From: Hyalangium minutum
GTDB lineage: Bacteria; Myxococcota; Myxococcia; Myxococcales; Myxococcaceae
NCBI RefSeq assembly: GCF_000737315.1
Contig: NZ_JMCB01000016.1
Span: 1 to 64,000 of the forward strand
Direction of reading: 5' to 3'
DNA length: 64,000 nt
Below the pieces are notes generated by a model. The model was not told the DNA's origin and did no database searches. It worked only from the letters and a program-made list of their open reading frames with translations. The position numbers were made by a program, and so were the translations under genes. This document shows, in pieces, positions 36,810 through 46,638 of this stretch. Every line of letters begins with the position of its first letter. Within the stretch, counting starts at the first letter, position 1.

Positions 36810-39800
36810 ATGCGACAGGTCTTCAGGTGGATGATCGGGGTCCTCCTCTGCTGCGGCTGTGCGGCAGGACCGAAGCTCGGTGAGACGCAACCGGATGCCC
36901 TGCTGCTGGAGGCGCAGTCCGATTTTGACGAGGCGACGAAGCTCAAGGGGGCGGCCAGGTACTCCGAGGCCCTTGTCCAGGCCCAGCATGCGCTCACGCT
37001 CAGGGAGGCCGTCCTCGTCGCCACGCATCCAGACATCGCCAGCTGTCTGACGCTGATGGGAGAACTGCAGGTACGGCAAGGGGAGATGGACGCTGCCGAG
37101 TCTCTGCTGAAGCGAGCACTCGCCATCCGTGAGGCCGCCCTGCGCCCGGGCCACCCGGACGTCGCCGAGCCCCTCCACCAGCTCGCCCTCCTCTACAGGC
37201 TCCAGGGGCTGTTCGACCAGGCCCGGCCGCTCTACCAGCGCGCGCTGGCCATCCGCGAGGCCGCCCTGGGCCCGAACCACCCCGACGTCGCCCAGTCTCT
37301 CAACGGCCTCGCCGATCTCTACGAGAACCAAGGCTTGTACGGCCAGGCCGAGCCGCTCTACCAGCGCGCGCTGGCCATCCGCGAGGCCGCCCTGGACCCG
37401 AACCACCCCGACGTCGCCAGCTCGCTCAACAACCTCGCCATCCTCTACATGGACCTGGGCCTGCCCAGCCAGGCGGAGCCGCTCTACCAGCGCGCGCGGG
37501 CCATCCTGGAGGGCCGTCTGGGCAAGAGCCACCCCCACGTCGCCGTGATCCTCAGCAACCTGGGCGGCATCTACCTCCACCAGGGGTTGTACGGCCGGGC
37601 CGAGCCGATCCTCCAGCGCGCGTTGGCCATCCGCGAGTCAGTGCTCGGCGTGAACCACCCGGACGTCGCCGAGATCCTCTTCAACCTCGGCAATCTCTAC
37701 AAGCGCCAGGGCTTGTACAGCCGGGCGGAGCCGCTCTACCAGCGCTCGCTCTCCATCGTGGAGAAGGTCCTGGGCCCGAGCCACCCCTTCTTCGCCAACT
37801 CGCTCAACAACCTCGCCAACCTCTACACGGTCCAGGGGTTGTACGGCCAGGCCGAGCCTCTCTACCAACGCGCGCTCTCCATCCAGGAGGCGGCCTTGGG
37901 CTCGAGCCACACCGACGTCGCCAGCTCGCTCAACAACCTCGCCAACCTCTACACGGCCCAGGGCTTGTACGACCGGGCCGAGCCGCTCTATCAGCGCGCT
38001 CTCTCCATCCGAGAGGCGGTCCTCGGCAAGAGCCATCCCAATGTCGCGATGACGCTCGGCAACATCGCCCTGCTGCGTGTGAAGCAGCAGCGCCTCCCCG
38101 AGGCCCTGCTGCTCTACACCCGCGCGTTGACCATCTCCGAGCAGCGTCTGCGGCACGAGGCGCTCGACTTCTCCGAATCGCGTCTGGCCACCTTCCTCCA
38201 GTACCTGCGCGACGACGAGCAGACGCTCTACTCCCTGCTGCGCGCACATTCCTCGGACGCCCGCGTGCAACGACTGGCGCTCAGCGCCTCGCTTCTGCTC
38301 AAGGGCCGCTCCGTCGAGGAGACGGCCCGGATCTCCCGCGCCCTGTACCGCACCTTGGACTCCAAGGACCGCGAGACCTTCGAGCAGCTCCGGAGCCTGC
38401 GCACCCAGCTGGCCGCGCTCTCCTTCGAGGGGTCCGGCGGCCTCTCCCCGGAGGACTACCAGCTGCGCCTCAAGGCGCTGGCCGACGAGGGCGACGCGCT
38501 CGAAGCCGCCCTCGCCACACGCTCCGCTTCCCTGCGCGCGTTCGCTGCCCTGCCTCCCACCGCCGACATCGTCGATCGCGTCGCCGCTTCCCTTCCCAAG
38601 GACGGCGCACTGGTCGAGTTCATCGCCTATGAGGACATGTCCATCGACTTCCTCACGGGTACGCTGCCTGCGACGAGCGTCGGCCAGCCTCGCTACCTGG
38701 CGCTGGTGCTCTTCCCGGATGCGTCCACGCGGGCCTTGGACCTCGGACCCGCCGAGCGCATCGACGTGGCCGCCACGCGCCTGCGCGCCGCCCTGGCCAA
38801 CCGCGATGCCTCCTTCCAGCCCCTGGCCCAGGAGCTCTACCGGCTCGCCTTCAAGCCCCTCCTGCCGCTGCTGGGCCGCACCCGCCGCCTCTGGCTATCT
38901 CCGGACGGGCAGTTGGGGTTGGTCCCTTTCGCCGCCCTCCACGATGGCCGCAGCTACCTCCTGGACTCCTTCGACTTCACCTGGCTCACCTCTGGCAGGG
39001 AGCTGCTCCCGCGTCCCCCCGGATTCTCTCCTTCCTCCTCCGTCGTCGTCCTCGCGGATCCGGACTTCACCGCCGCACCTCCCGCCACGGCCTTGGCCTC
39101 CGGCGACCTGCGTCTTTCGCCTTCCACGCGGTCCGGCGCGCTCGAGCGCTTCTTCTCCACTGTGGACCGGGCTCTGCCGGGCAGCGACTGGGTGCCTCTG
39201 CCGGGCACGCGTCAGGAGGCCCAGGGCATCCAGCGCCTCCTGCCCCAGGCGCAGCTCTTCCTCGGCCCCGAGGCCACCAAGCAGCGGCTGCTCGAGCTGC
39301 CCGCTCCGGGCATCCTTCACCTGGCCACCCACGGCTTCTTCCTGGCGGACACCCCGGCAGTCTCCCCCGCGAACTCGCGCGCTGTGGTGCACTTTGGTGC
39401 GCTCGGAGATGATCCCCTCGCTCCCATCCCCCGGGATCCCCTGCTGCGCTCGGGGCTCGCGTTCGCGGGGGCGCGCGCCGTGGCGTCCGAGGCCTCTGCG
39501 CCTTCCGAGTCCTCGGCCCATGCGACGATCGCCACCGCGCTGGAGTTGGCGGGGCTGGATCTGTGGGGCACCCAGCTCGTCGTCCTGTCGGCGTGCGACA
39601 CCGCCCGAGGCGATGTCCAACCCGGTCAGGGGGTCTACGGCCTTCGACGCGCGCTGGTGGTGGCGGGGGCCGAGACGGTGGTCATGAGCCTGTGGAAGGT
39701 GAGGGACGACTCCACCCACCTGCTCATGAGGGACTACTACCGCAACCTGTTGGCTGGCCAGGGGCGTGCCTCCGCCCTGCGCGAGGCCATGCGCTCGCTG

Positions 39801-39908
39801 AGGGCTTCCCGGCCTCACCCTCATGATTGGGCGCCCTTCATCGTCCTGGGCAGCGGCGCACCCTTGCGTGCCATCTCACCCCAGGCACCCCAGGCGCCGG
39901 GAAGATAG
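36810..39908 (+). CDS. TPR-repeat plus CHAT (caspase-fold) protease lipoprotein
   Basis: Lipobox LLCCGC; about 10 42-aa repeats (HPDVAxSLNNLA.LY..QG.Y..AEPLYQRAL); CHAT His LATHGF and Cys LSACDT. Confidence 0.92.
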   Translation: MRQVFRWMIGVLLCCGCAAGPKLGETQPDALLLEAQSDFDEATKLKGAARYSEALVQAQHALTLREAVLVATHPDIASCLTLMGELQVRQGEMDAAESLLKRALAIREAALRPGHPDVAEPLHQLALLYRLQGLFDQARPLYQRALAIREAALGPNHPDVAQSLNGLADLYENQGLYGQAEPLYQRALAIREAALDPNHPDVASSLNNLAILYMDLGLPSQAEPLYQRARAILEGRLGKSHPHVAVILSNLGGIYLHQGLYGRAEPILQRALAIRESVLGVNHPDVAEILFNLGNLYKRQGLYSRAEPLYQRSLSIVEKVLGPSHPFFANSLNNLANLYTVQGLYGQAEPLYQRALSIQEAALGSSHTDVASSLNNLANLYTAQGLYDRAEPLYQRALSIREAVLGKSHPNVAMTLGNIALLRVKQQRLPEALLLYTRALTISEQRLRHEALDFSESRLATFLQYLRDDEQTLYSLLRAHSSDARVQRLALSASLLLKGRSVEETARISRALYRTLDSKDRETFEQLRSLRTQLAALSFEGSGGLSPEDYQLRLKALADEGDALEAALATRSASLRAFAALPPTADIVDRVAASLPKDGALVEFIAYEDMSIDFLTGTLPATSVGQPRYLALVLFPDASTRALDLGPAERIDVAATRLRAALANRDASFQPLAQELYRLAFKPLLPLLGRTRRLWLSPDGQLGLVPFAALHDGRSYLLDSFDFTWLTSGRELLPRPPGFSPSSSVVVLADPDFTAAPPATALASGDLRLSPSTRSGALERFFSTVDRALPGSDWVPLPGTRQEAQGIQRLLPQAQLFLGPEATKQRLLELPAPGILHLATHGFFLADTPAVSPANSRAVVHFGALGDDPLAPIPRDPLLRSGLAFAGARAVASEASAPSESSAHATIATALELAGLDLWGTQLVVLSACDTARGDVQPGQGVYGLRRALVVAGAETVVMSLWKVRDDSTHLLMRDYYRNLLAGQGRASALREAMRSLRASRPHPHDWAPFIVLGSGAPLRAISPQAPQAPGR

Positions 39909-39986
39909 GCCCACGGCCGCAAAGAGCGAGGTGCCGGATTGCCAGTGAGGCATGGGCGCCCCAGCCTTGATGCAAGGGGGTGTGCC

Positions 39987-40460
39987 ATGGCTGCACCATC
40001 GACTGCGGAGGGCCTGCTTCGGGCGCTCGAGCAGAAGGACCCGGAGGGCTTCCTGTCCTTCTTGGCCGACGACGTCGAAATGTATGCGGAGGACGACGAG
40101 CAGCCGGTTCGGGGCAAGGAGAGCCTGCGGCGCCTCTTCCAGGGAGCCATGGCGGCGATGGACGCGGTGAAGCTCGAACCGCGGGAGCTGGTGCAGGACG
40201 CCAGACACGCGGCGGTGCTAGCGGACACCCGGGTGCGGTTCGGGCGGGATTTGCCGCTGCCCGACGGCAGCAGCCTACCGCTTGCCGGGAAGGCCCTTGC
40301 CGGGCGCGTCGCGTTGTTCCTCGACCTGGACGCGAACGGCAAGGTCACCCGCATGTACCGGATGCGCGACAGGCTGAACGCCCTGCGCCAGCTCGGTATC
40401 TCCCCCGCGGAGATGGAGCGGCTCAGGAGCAGCCTTGAACCGATGCTGCACGCCCACTGA
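39987..40460 (+). CDS. SnoaL/NTF2-like protein
   Basis: FLSFLADDVEM...VRGKESLR...NGKVTRM pattern. Confidence 0.75.
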   Translation: MAAPSTAEGLLRALEQKDPEGFLSFLADDVEMYAEDDEQPVRGKESLRRLFQGAMAAMDAVKLEPRELVQDARHAAVLADTRVRFGRDLPLPDGSSLPLAGKALAGRVALFLDLDANGKVTRMYRMRDRLNALRQLGISPAEMERLRSSLEPMLHAH

Positions 40461-40534
40461 GTGGGCCCTCGGCCAGGGGAGGTGACGGGGATGGGCCCCG
40501 CCACTCCCTGCTGGCCGTGTTCCGCTTGAAGGGA

Positions 40535-43500
40535 TTACGGAGCGAGGAACCAGACACCAACGGTGTTGGTGGTGCAGAGGTTGGCGCCGTCATCCCGCCG
40601 GATGACGATGTACCGCTGATAGTAGCCTTCGAGGCCAGGGTAGTTGCCGACGAGGTATGAGAGCGTGGTCTGGTCGTAGGAGAGAGAGCCGTTCTCATCC
40701 TGCACCCAATTCTTCGAGCCATACACGTAGGCCCGCGAGCTGCCGAGGGGGCCCGATGCAGAGAAACCGAAGGTTCCCGTGCCACCGCTGGGGACCGAGG
40801 TCGTGCTGACCCAGGCCGAGCACGTGACCGCGGTGCAGGATTCGTCGACGGAGCCGTTGCAGTTGTTGTCCTTCCCGTCGCACACCTCGAGAGCTCCAGA
40901 ATACACATAGCGGTTGCGGTCGTCGCAATCCAACCTGTTGTAAGAGTAGCCAGCGGGCGGTGAGCATCCATACGGAGCGGGGCCAAAGACAGCCCCCGAG
41001 GTGCCGTACCCATCCCCATCCGAATCCTGGGTGAAGTACCGAGGCAGGGTGGCGTCATTGTCGTTGCAGTCACTGGAGTCGGCGACGTAGCCAGAGGGGG
41101 CGGGGCAGGCATAGGCCGTCACCGAGGGATTGCCCTTCCCATCCCCGTCCGCGTCCCGGTACCAGGTCTGGGGCGTCACACCCTCATCGATGGACCCATT
41201 GCAGTTGTTGTCCAGTCCGTCGCACAGCTCGGGGGCACCGGGCCTCACGGAGGAACGGGTGTCGTCGCAGTCCAAGGAATTGTTGGAGTAGCCCACGGGC
41301 GCGGAGCACCCATATGGAGCGGGGCCAAAAACAGCCCCCGATTTGCCGTACCCATCCCCGTCCTGATCCGTGGCGAAGTACCGAGGCAGGGTGGCGTCAC
41401 TGTCGTTGCAGTCACTGGAGTTGGCGACGTAGCCGGTCGGCGCGGAGCAGGCCTGGGCCGTCACCGAGGGGTTGCCTTTCCCGTCTCCATCCGCGTCCCG
41501 GTACCAGGCCGTGGTCATTCCCTCGTCGATGGAGCCATTGTTGTTGTTGTCCAGCCCATCACACAGCTCGGGCGCACCTGGGTACAGGGTGGGGTTGGCG
41601 TCGTTCCAGTCACCGGCAGTGGCGACGTAGCCCGCGGGCGCGGAGCAGGCCTGCACGCTCACCGCCGCATTGCCGTACCCGTCTCCATCCGCGTCCCGGT
41701 AGAACGTGCTCTGGCCCCCCGTCTCATCCGTCTGTCCGTCGCAGTCGTTATCCTGGCCATCGCAGACCTCGGCGGAAGGCCCCCGGGTGGGAACGCACTG
41801 AATGGCTCCACTCGTGCAGTAGGTGACACCCGCGGCACACACGCCCACGCCCCCGGTCGAGCACGACACGGCGCCCCCCGGGTTCCCCTCATCCACGGCC
41901 CCCGAGCAATTGTCATCCACCCCGTTGCACGTCTCCGTGGCTCCGGGCTTCACGTTGGGGTTGTTGTCGTTGCAGTCTCCGCCAGTGGCGATGTAGCCCG
42001 CGGGCGCGGAGCAGGCCTGCACGCTCACCGTCGTACTGCCATACCCATCCCCATCCGCATCCCGGTACCAGAGGGAGCCCACTCCCTCGTCGATGGCTCC
42101 ATCGCAGTCGTCATCCACGGCACCCGAGGTGTTACACACCTCCGTGGCTCCGGGATTCACAAGCCCGTTTGCGTCGTTGCAGTCCGTGGCATCCAGCACC
42201 CGGCCCGGAGGCTGTACGCAGGCCTGGACCGAGTCTGCCGGATTTCCATACCCATCCGCGTCGCCATCGAGATGGTAGAAGTCGCCCGCATCCTCGTCCG
42301 TCACCAGGTCGCAGTCGTTGTCCAACCCATCGCAGACCTCCGAAGCCTCGGGATTGACGAAGAAGTCGAAGTCATCGCAGTCCAGGCTGTTCTCCACGTA
42401 GTCCAGGCCGGGAGCCTGGCAACCTTCCACGGGAGAGAGCAGCTCCGCGCCATATCCATCTGTGTCGTTGTCGAAGAAGTAGATGTTCACGAGCTGCGTC
42501 TGGGTCAGCGTCCACCGGCCGGTCAGGGTGCCGTCTCCCAGCTGCCCTTTGTCATTGGCGCCCCAGCCCCAGAATGGGCAGTCGGAGCGCAGCGCCAGCG
42601 CGTGGAAGCCTCCCGCGGAGACCGCCACCGCATCCGTCAGTCCCTGCACGGGCACCGGGCTGGTGCGCTGGGTGATGGTTCCATCCCCCAGCTGGCCCGC
42701 GGTGTTCCGTCCCCATGACCACGCTGCACCGAAGGCGTTGATGGCCAGCGAGAAGTCAGCTCCCGCGGAGATGGCGGTCACAGGTGCCGCCAGCCCCGAT
42801 TGCACCGGCACTGTCTGCGGAGTGGCAGTCGTCCCAATCCCGAGCTGGCCAAAGTTGTTATTTCCCCACCCCACCACCGTCTGGTTGGACAGCAGCGCCA
42901 GCGAGTGGGTACCGCCCGCCGCAATCGCAGTGGCTCCCTGCGCCAGGCTCACCTGGTACGGCGTCATCTGGGTGGAGATGTTTCCGTTGCCAATCTGCCC
43001 AGCGGAGTTACGGCCCCACGTCCACACACTCCCGTTGGTTCCCAGCGCCATCGAGTGATATTGGCCCGCGGAGACAGCCCTGATGCTGACAGGCAGGTTG
43101 ATCCTCACGGGCGTGGAGCGGTTCGTCGTCGTCCCATCACCCAGTTGCCCCGAGACGTTGTAGCCCCAGGCATAGACGCTGCCATCGGCCGCGACCGCCA
43201 GCGAGTGGCTGAGCCCTGCGGCGATGGCCACGGCCCCCCCTGGGATTGTCACCGCCACGGGAGCCAGGCGCAGCGTGGTCGTTCCATCACCGAGCTGCCC
43301 GAAGGAGTTCATTCCCCAGGCCCACACCCTGCCATCCACTCCCAGCGCCAGCGAGTGGGAGTTCCCCGCAGCGATGGCCTTGATGGCAGGAAGCCCCGCC
43401 ACCCGCAGCGGCGTGGAGCTGTTGGTTTGCGTCCCGTGACCCAATTGCCCGCTGTTGTTGAGCCCCCACGTCCACACCGAGCCGTCGAGGCGCAGCGCCA

Positions 43501-43726
43501 ACGAGTGGCTGTTGCCCGCGGCGATGGCCTTCGTCAGCGGGCTGGGCGCGGCGGCCGTGGCCACGAAGTGCTCATCGGCCGCCTGGGCTTGCAGCCCTTG
43601 GCGCTCCTGCGACAGCACCTCGCTCTCGGGAACGGCTCCTTCCGAGAGGTCTCCCCCACAGGCTGTCACCCATAGGCACGAGAGTACTGCCCACAGCATC
43701 CACCCACCCGATTGCTGCCTCTGCAT
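40535..43726 (-). CDS. Lipoprotein with RCC1 beta-propeller and multiple MopE-like putative metal-binding repeats
   Basis: Lipobox WVTAC; 7 RCC1 repeats (AIAAGxSHSLAL..DGxVWxWGxNxxGQLG); repeated YRDADGDGYG and DCND..PGA.E.CDG.DNNCNG. Confidence 0.9.
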   Translation of the reverse strand: MQRQQSGGWMLWAVLSCLWVTACGGDLSEGAVPESEVLSQERQGLQAQAADEHFVATAAAPSPLTKAIAAGNSHSLALRLDGSVWTWGLNNSGQLGHGTQTNSSTPLRVAGLPAIKAIAAGNSHSLALGVDGRVWAWGMNSFGQLGDGTTTLRLAPVAVTIPGGAVAIAAGLSHSLAVAADGSVYAWGYNVSGQLGDGTTTNRSTPVRINLPVSIRAVSAGQYHSMALGTNGSVWTWGRNSAGQIGNGNISTQMTPYQVSLAQGATAIAAGGTHSLALLSNQTVVGWGNNNFGQLGIGTTATPQTVPVQSGLAAPVTAISAGADFSLAINAFGAAWSWGRNTAGQLGDGTITQRTSPVPVQGLTDAVAVSAGGFHALALRSDCPFWGWGANDKGQLGDGTLTGRWTLTQTQLVNIYFFDNDTDGYGAELLSPVEGCQAPGLDYVENSLDCDDFDFFVNPEASEVCDGLDNDCDLVTDEDAGDFYHLDGDADGYGNPADSVQACVQPPGRVLDATDCNDANGLVNPGATEVCNTSGAVDDDCDGAIDEGVGSLWYRDADGDGYGSTTVSVQACSAPAGYIATGGDCNDNNPNVKPGATETCNGVDDNCSGAVDEGNPGGAVSCSTGGVGVCAAGVTYCTSGAIQCVPTRGPSAEVCDGQDNDCDGQTDETGGQSTFYRDADGDGYGNAAVSVQACSAPAGYVATAGDWNDANPTLYPGAPELCDGLDNNNNGSIDEGMTTAWYRDADGDGKGNPSVTAQACSAPTGYVANSSDCNDSDATLPRYFATDQDGDGYGKSGAVFGPAPYGCSAPVGYSNNSLDCDDTRSSVRPGAPELCDGLDNNCNGSIDEGVTPQTWYRDADGDGKGNPSVTAYACPAPSGYVADSSDCNDNDATLPRYFTQDSDGDGYGTSGAVFGPAPYGCSPPAGYSYNRLDCDDRNRYVYSGALEVCDGKDNNCNGSVDESCTAVTCSAWVSTTSVPSGGTGTFGFSASGPLGSSRAYVYGSKNWVQDENGSLSYDQTTLSYLVGNYPGLEGYYQRYIVIRRDDGANLCTTNTVGVWFLAP

Positions 43727-43806
43727 GGCTCAACCTCTCCGCTTGGCGAAAATGGCGGCGGAGACTACGGGCGGTTCACTCTTAGTAAAGTATTTGGGAG
43801 CTTGCT

Positions 43807-43843
43807 GGTGACAAGCGTCACCCTCCTGGTGATTGCAGTCACC
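43807..43843. promoter_or_regulatory. Two tandem GGTGA-N6-TCACC palindromes (CRP/FNR-like), 21 bp apart
   Basis: ggtgacaagcgtcacc (43807-43822) and ggtgattgcagtcacc (43828-43843), between divergent genes. Confidence 0.6.
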
Positions 43844-43947
43844 GCCGGGACGCTGGAAGCGAGCTCCCCGGAGCAGTCCTGGCCTTGAGAGATCCATGGG
43901 TTGCGGAGCCCTCTAGGGTGGCATGTGCGCTGCAGTAGGGAAGCGGC

Positions 43948-44907
43948 ATGATCGACCTCAAGGCCACGGCCCTCTCGTATTCCAGGATGCGTCCGGACGT
44001 TGCTCAGTCCTCTCTCGTCAACCCGAAGCAACTGCTCTCGCCGGGCCCTGTTCAGGACACGGGGGCTCGGGGGCTCCAAGGCACCCTGGGCGCGCCCGCG
44101 CGGGGCCACAGCCTGGTGGATTCGTTCGAGCCCGGTGTCATCAACAAGAGACAGCCTCCGCAGGCCTCGGGTTCTGGCATCCCGAGCGCCAACGACAAGC
44201 GGCCGCAGGGGGATAACCGGTCGGCGGCGCAGATCGTCGACGAGACCCCCGTGCTGAAGAACCTGGGCCGCCAGAAGGACATCAAGTTCGAGCAGCTGTG
44301 CAAGCAGACGGGCATCGATCCCAAGCTCGACCTGAAAGACTCGAAGCAGAACCCCGACGCCGTGTACCGGCTGGCCAAGGTGCTGGAGCACATCGACAGC
44401 TCCAAGTCCTCCAAGGGCGGGGATCGGTCGAGCAAGGTCCAGAACGGACAGGGAGACGGCAACATCGAGGGCATCACCAAGGATGGCGATGCGCGGCACG
44501 GCACGGAGGCCGGCATGGTCAAGGACTTCGCCGAGCAGGGGTACGCCTCGCTGGGCACCGATCACCAGCTGCCGACCACGAATGACACCCACGTCAAGGA
44601 GGACGGGAGCAACAAGGACAACTTCCAGTGGTTCGCCGGGGAGGTGGGCAAGAAGCTCTGGTTCCTGCCGTTGGTCAGCAACGTGCTGACGGGGGTGGGC
44701 AACTCGGAGGGGGGCTTCAAGGGAGTCCTCGAGGGTGCCGCGACCGGTTACCTCAACACCGTGAAGGGAGCCGCGGAGGGCATCATCGGGTCCATCACGA
44801 AGGGCCGCCCCAACCCGGCCTCGATGATCTTTGGAGGCGTCATGGGCGCGCTGGGCAACACCGAGGCCGCTCCGAAACCGGTAAAGGATCTCGCCAAGCT
44901 GTTCTGA
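43948..44907 (+). CDS. HrpK/HrpF-like type III translocator/effector-domain protein (orphan)
   Basis: S/P/Q-rich N-terminus without Sec signal; core DAVYRLAKVLEHID...GDGNIEGITKDGDARHGTEAGMVKDF resembles the HrpK1-type domain as I recall it; Gly-rich hydrophobic C-terminus. Confidence 0.5.
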   Translation: MIDLKATALSYSRMRPDVAQSSLVNPKQLLSPGPVQDTGARGLQGTLGAPARGHSLVDSFEPGVINKRQPPQASGSGIPSANDKRPQGDNRSAAQIVDETPVLKNLGRQKDIKFEQLCKQTGIDPKLDLKDSKQNPDAVYRLAKVLEHIDSSKSSKGGDRSSKVQNGQGDGNIEGITKDGDARHGTEAGMVKDFAEQGYASLGTDHQLPTTNDTHVKEDGSNKDNFQWFAGEVGKKLWFLPLVSNVLTGVGNSEGGFKGVLEGAATGYLNTVKGAAEGIIGSITKGRPNPASMIFGGVMGALGNTEAAPKPVKDLAKLF

Positions 44908-44971
44908 TGCTTTCTCGCTTGCGGCGGCTCGGAGTGTCCCGGCAGGCTTTGCCCTCCTGAAAGGACACTCC

Positions 44972-46636
44972 ATGCACGCCTCGCTGCGCCGCACGGTCAT
45001 CGGACTCGTCGGCTTCATGGCGGCGCTTCCGGCCCTTGCCGCCACGCCCTTGCCCGTTCGCATCAACCCGGCCCGCATCGACGCGGTGTTCAAGGACTAC
45101 AACAGCCCTTCGAACCCTGGCTGTGCCCTTGGCATCTACCAGGACGGCCGGATCCTCTACTCCCGGGGCTACGGCATGGCCGACCTGAACCAGGCCACGC
45201 CCATCACCCCCACGACCCTGTTCGACGTCGGCTCGGTCTCCAAGCAGTTCACCGCCGCGAGCGTCGTGCTGTTGGCCCACGAGGGGAAGCTCGCGCTCAC
45301 GGATGACATCCGGAAGTACCTGCCCGAAATCCCGGACTACGGGACGCCCATCACCCTCGACCACCTGCTCCACCACACGAGCGGGCTGCGCGACTACAAC
45401 CAGCTCCTCTTCTTCAAGGGCTATCACTACGAGGACGTCACGGACGATGACGACGCCCTGGAGGTCATCGCCCGCCAGCGGGGCCTGCGGTTCAGGCCAG
45501 GAACGCGTTTCGAGTACAGCAACACCGGCTACTTCCTGGCGGCGCTCATCGTGAAGCGCGTTACCGGCAAGCCCCTGTCCGAGTTCGCCAAGGAGCGGCT
45601 CTTCCAGCCCCTCGGCATGACCCGGAGCCACTTCCGCGACGACCACACGGCCATCCTGCCCGGCCGCGCCACGGCCTACGCCCCTTCGGGGAAGGAGGGC
45701 TATCAGCTCGACATGTCGAACTGGAACCAGCTGGGGGACGGGCAGGTCCAGACCAACGTCACCGAGCTGGTCAAATGGGAGGAGAACTTCTACAGCGCTC
45801 GCGTGGGAGGGCGTGCCCTCATCGACGCGCTGCAGGAGCGGGGTGCGCTGGACACGGGAGGCAGCACTTCTTACGGCCGGGGGCTCTTCCTGGACTCCTA
45901 CCGCGGCGTGCAGCGCATCCATCATTCCGGGGGATGGGCGGGCTATCGCGCACTGCTGCTGCGCTTCCCCGCGCAGCGCGTCTCCATCGCCGTCCTCTGC
46001 AACCGGGGGGATGCGCGGCCGGACCTCGCCGAGAACGTGGCGGACGTCGTCCTGGGCGACGTCTTCCGAGCGGCCGAGCCGCGGCAGGAGGCGAAGGCTC
46101 CCGCGCCCGTCACGTCGAGCGCGCCGGAGACCCCCACGGGGGACGTCGGCCGGTATGCGGGGCTCTATTACGATGAGGTTGCGCAGCGCACGGTGCCCAT
46201 CCTTCAGCAGAGCAACCAGCTCTTGTTCCGCTACAGGGGGAGCAACCGTCCCCTGCGGTCAGTGGGTGGCGAGCGCTTCGAGATGGAAGGCACCCCGCTC
46301 AGGTTCGCCTTCGCGGACGGGCAGCTGACGCTGTCGCGCGGTGAGGAGACGGTGGGGGTTCTCAAGCGGGTGCAGCCGGCCACGCTCGCGGACGGCGACT
46401 GGAAGCCGCTGGTGGGGACGTATTACAGCCCCGAGCTGGAGACCACCTGGCGCATCGAGCTGAAGGACGGGAAGGCCGTGCTGAAAGGGCGGGCCGTGGG
46501 GACCCATCCGCTCGAGCCCGCCTTCGCCGATGCGTTCACCACGGCCCCCGGCCTCCTGCGCTTGACCCGGGATGGAGCCGGGCGGCTGACGGGCTTCGTC
46601 TTCAGCGACCTGCAGTTCGAGCGCAAGGAGCCGTAG
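44972..46636 (+). CDS. Secreted serine hydrolase (beta-lactamase/PBP family)
   Basis: Signal peptide, SVSK (SxxK), YSN, HSG triad motifs; C-terminal beta domains. Confidence 0.9.
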   Translation: MHASLRRTVIGLVGFMAALPALAATPLPVRINPARIDAVFKDYNSPSNPGCALGIYQDGRILYSRGYGMADLNQATPITPTTLFDVGSVSKQFTAASVVLLAHEGKLALTDDIRKYLPEIPDYGTPITLDHLLHHTSGLRDYNQLLFFKGYHYEDVTDDDDALEVIARQRGLRFRPGTRFEYSNTGYFLAALIVKRVTGKPLSEFAKERLFQPLGMTRSHFRDDHTAILPGRATAYAPSGKEGYQLDMSNWNQLGDGQVQTNVTELVKWEENFYSARVGGRALIDALQERGALDTGGSTSYGRGLFLDSYRGVQRIHHSGGWAGYRALLLRFPAQRVSIAVLCNRGDARPDLAENVADVVLGDVFRAAEPRQEAKAPAPVTSSAPETPTGDVGRYAGLYYDEVAQRTVPILQQSNQLLFRYRGSNRPLRSVGGERFEMEGTPLRFAFADGQLTLSRGEETVGVLKRVQPATLADGDWKPLVGTYYSPELETTWRIELKDGKAVLKGRAVGTHPLEPAFADAFTTAPGLLRLTRDGAGRLTGFVFSDLQFERKEP

Positions 46637-46638
46637 CA

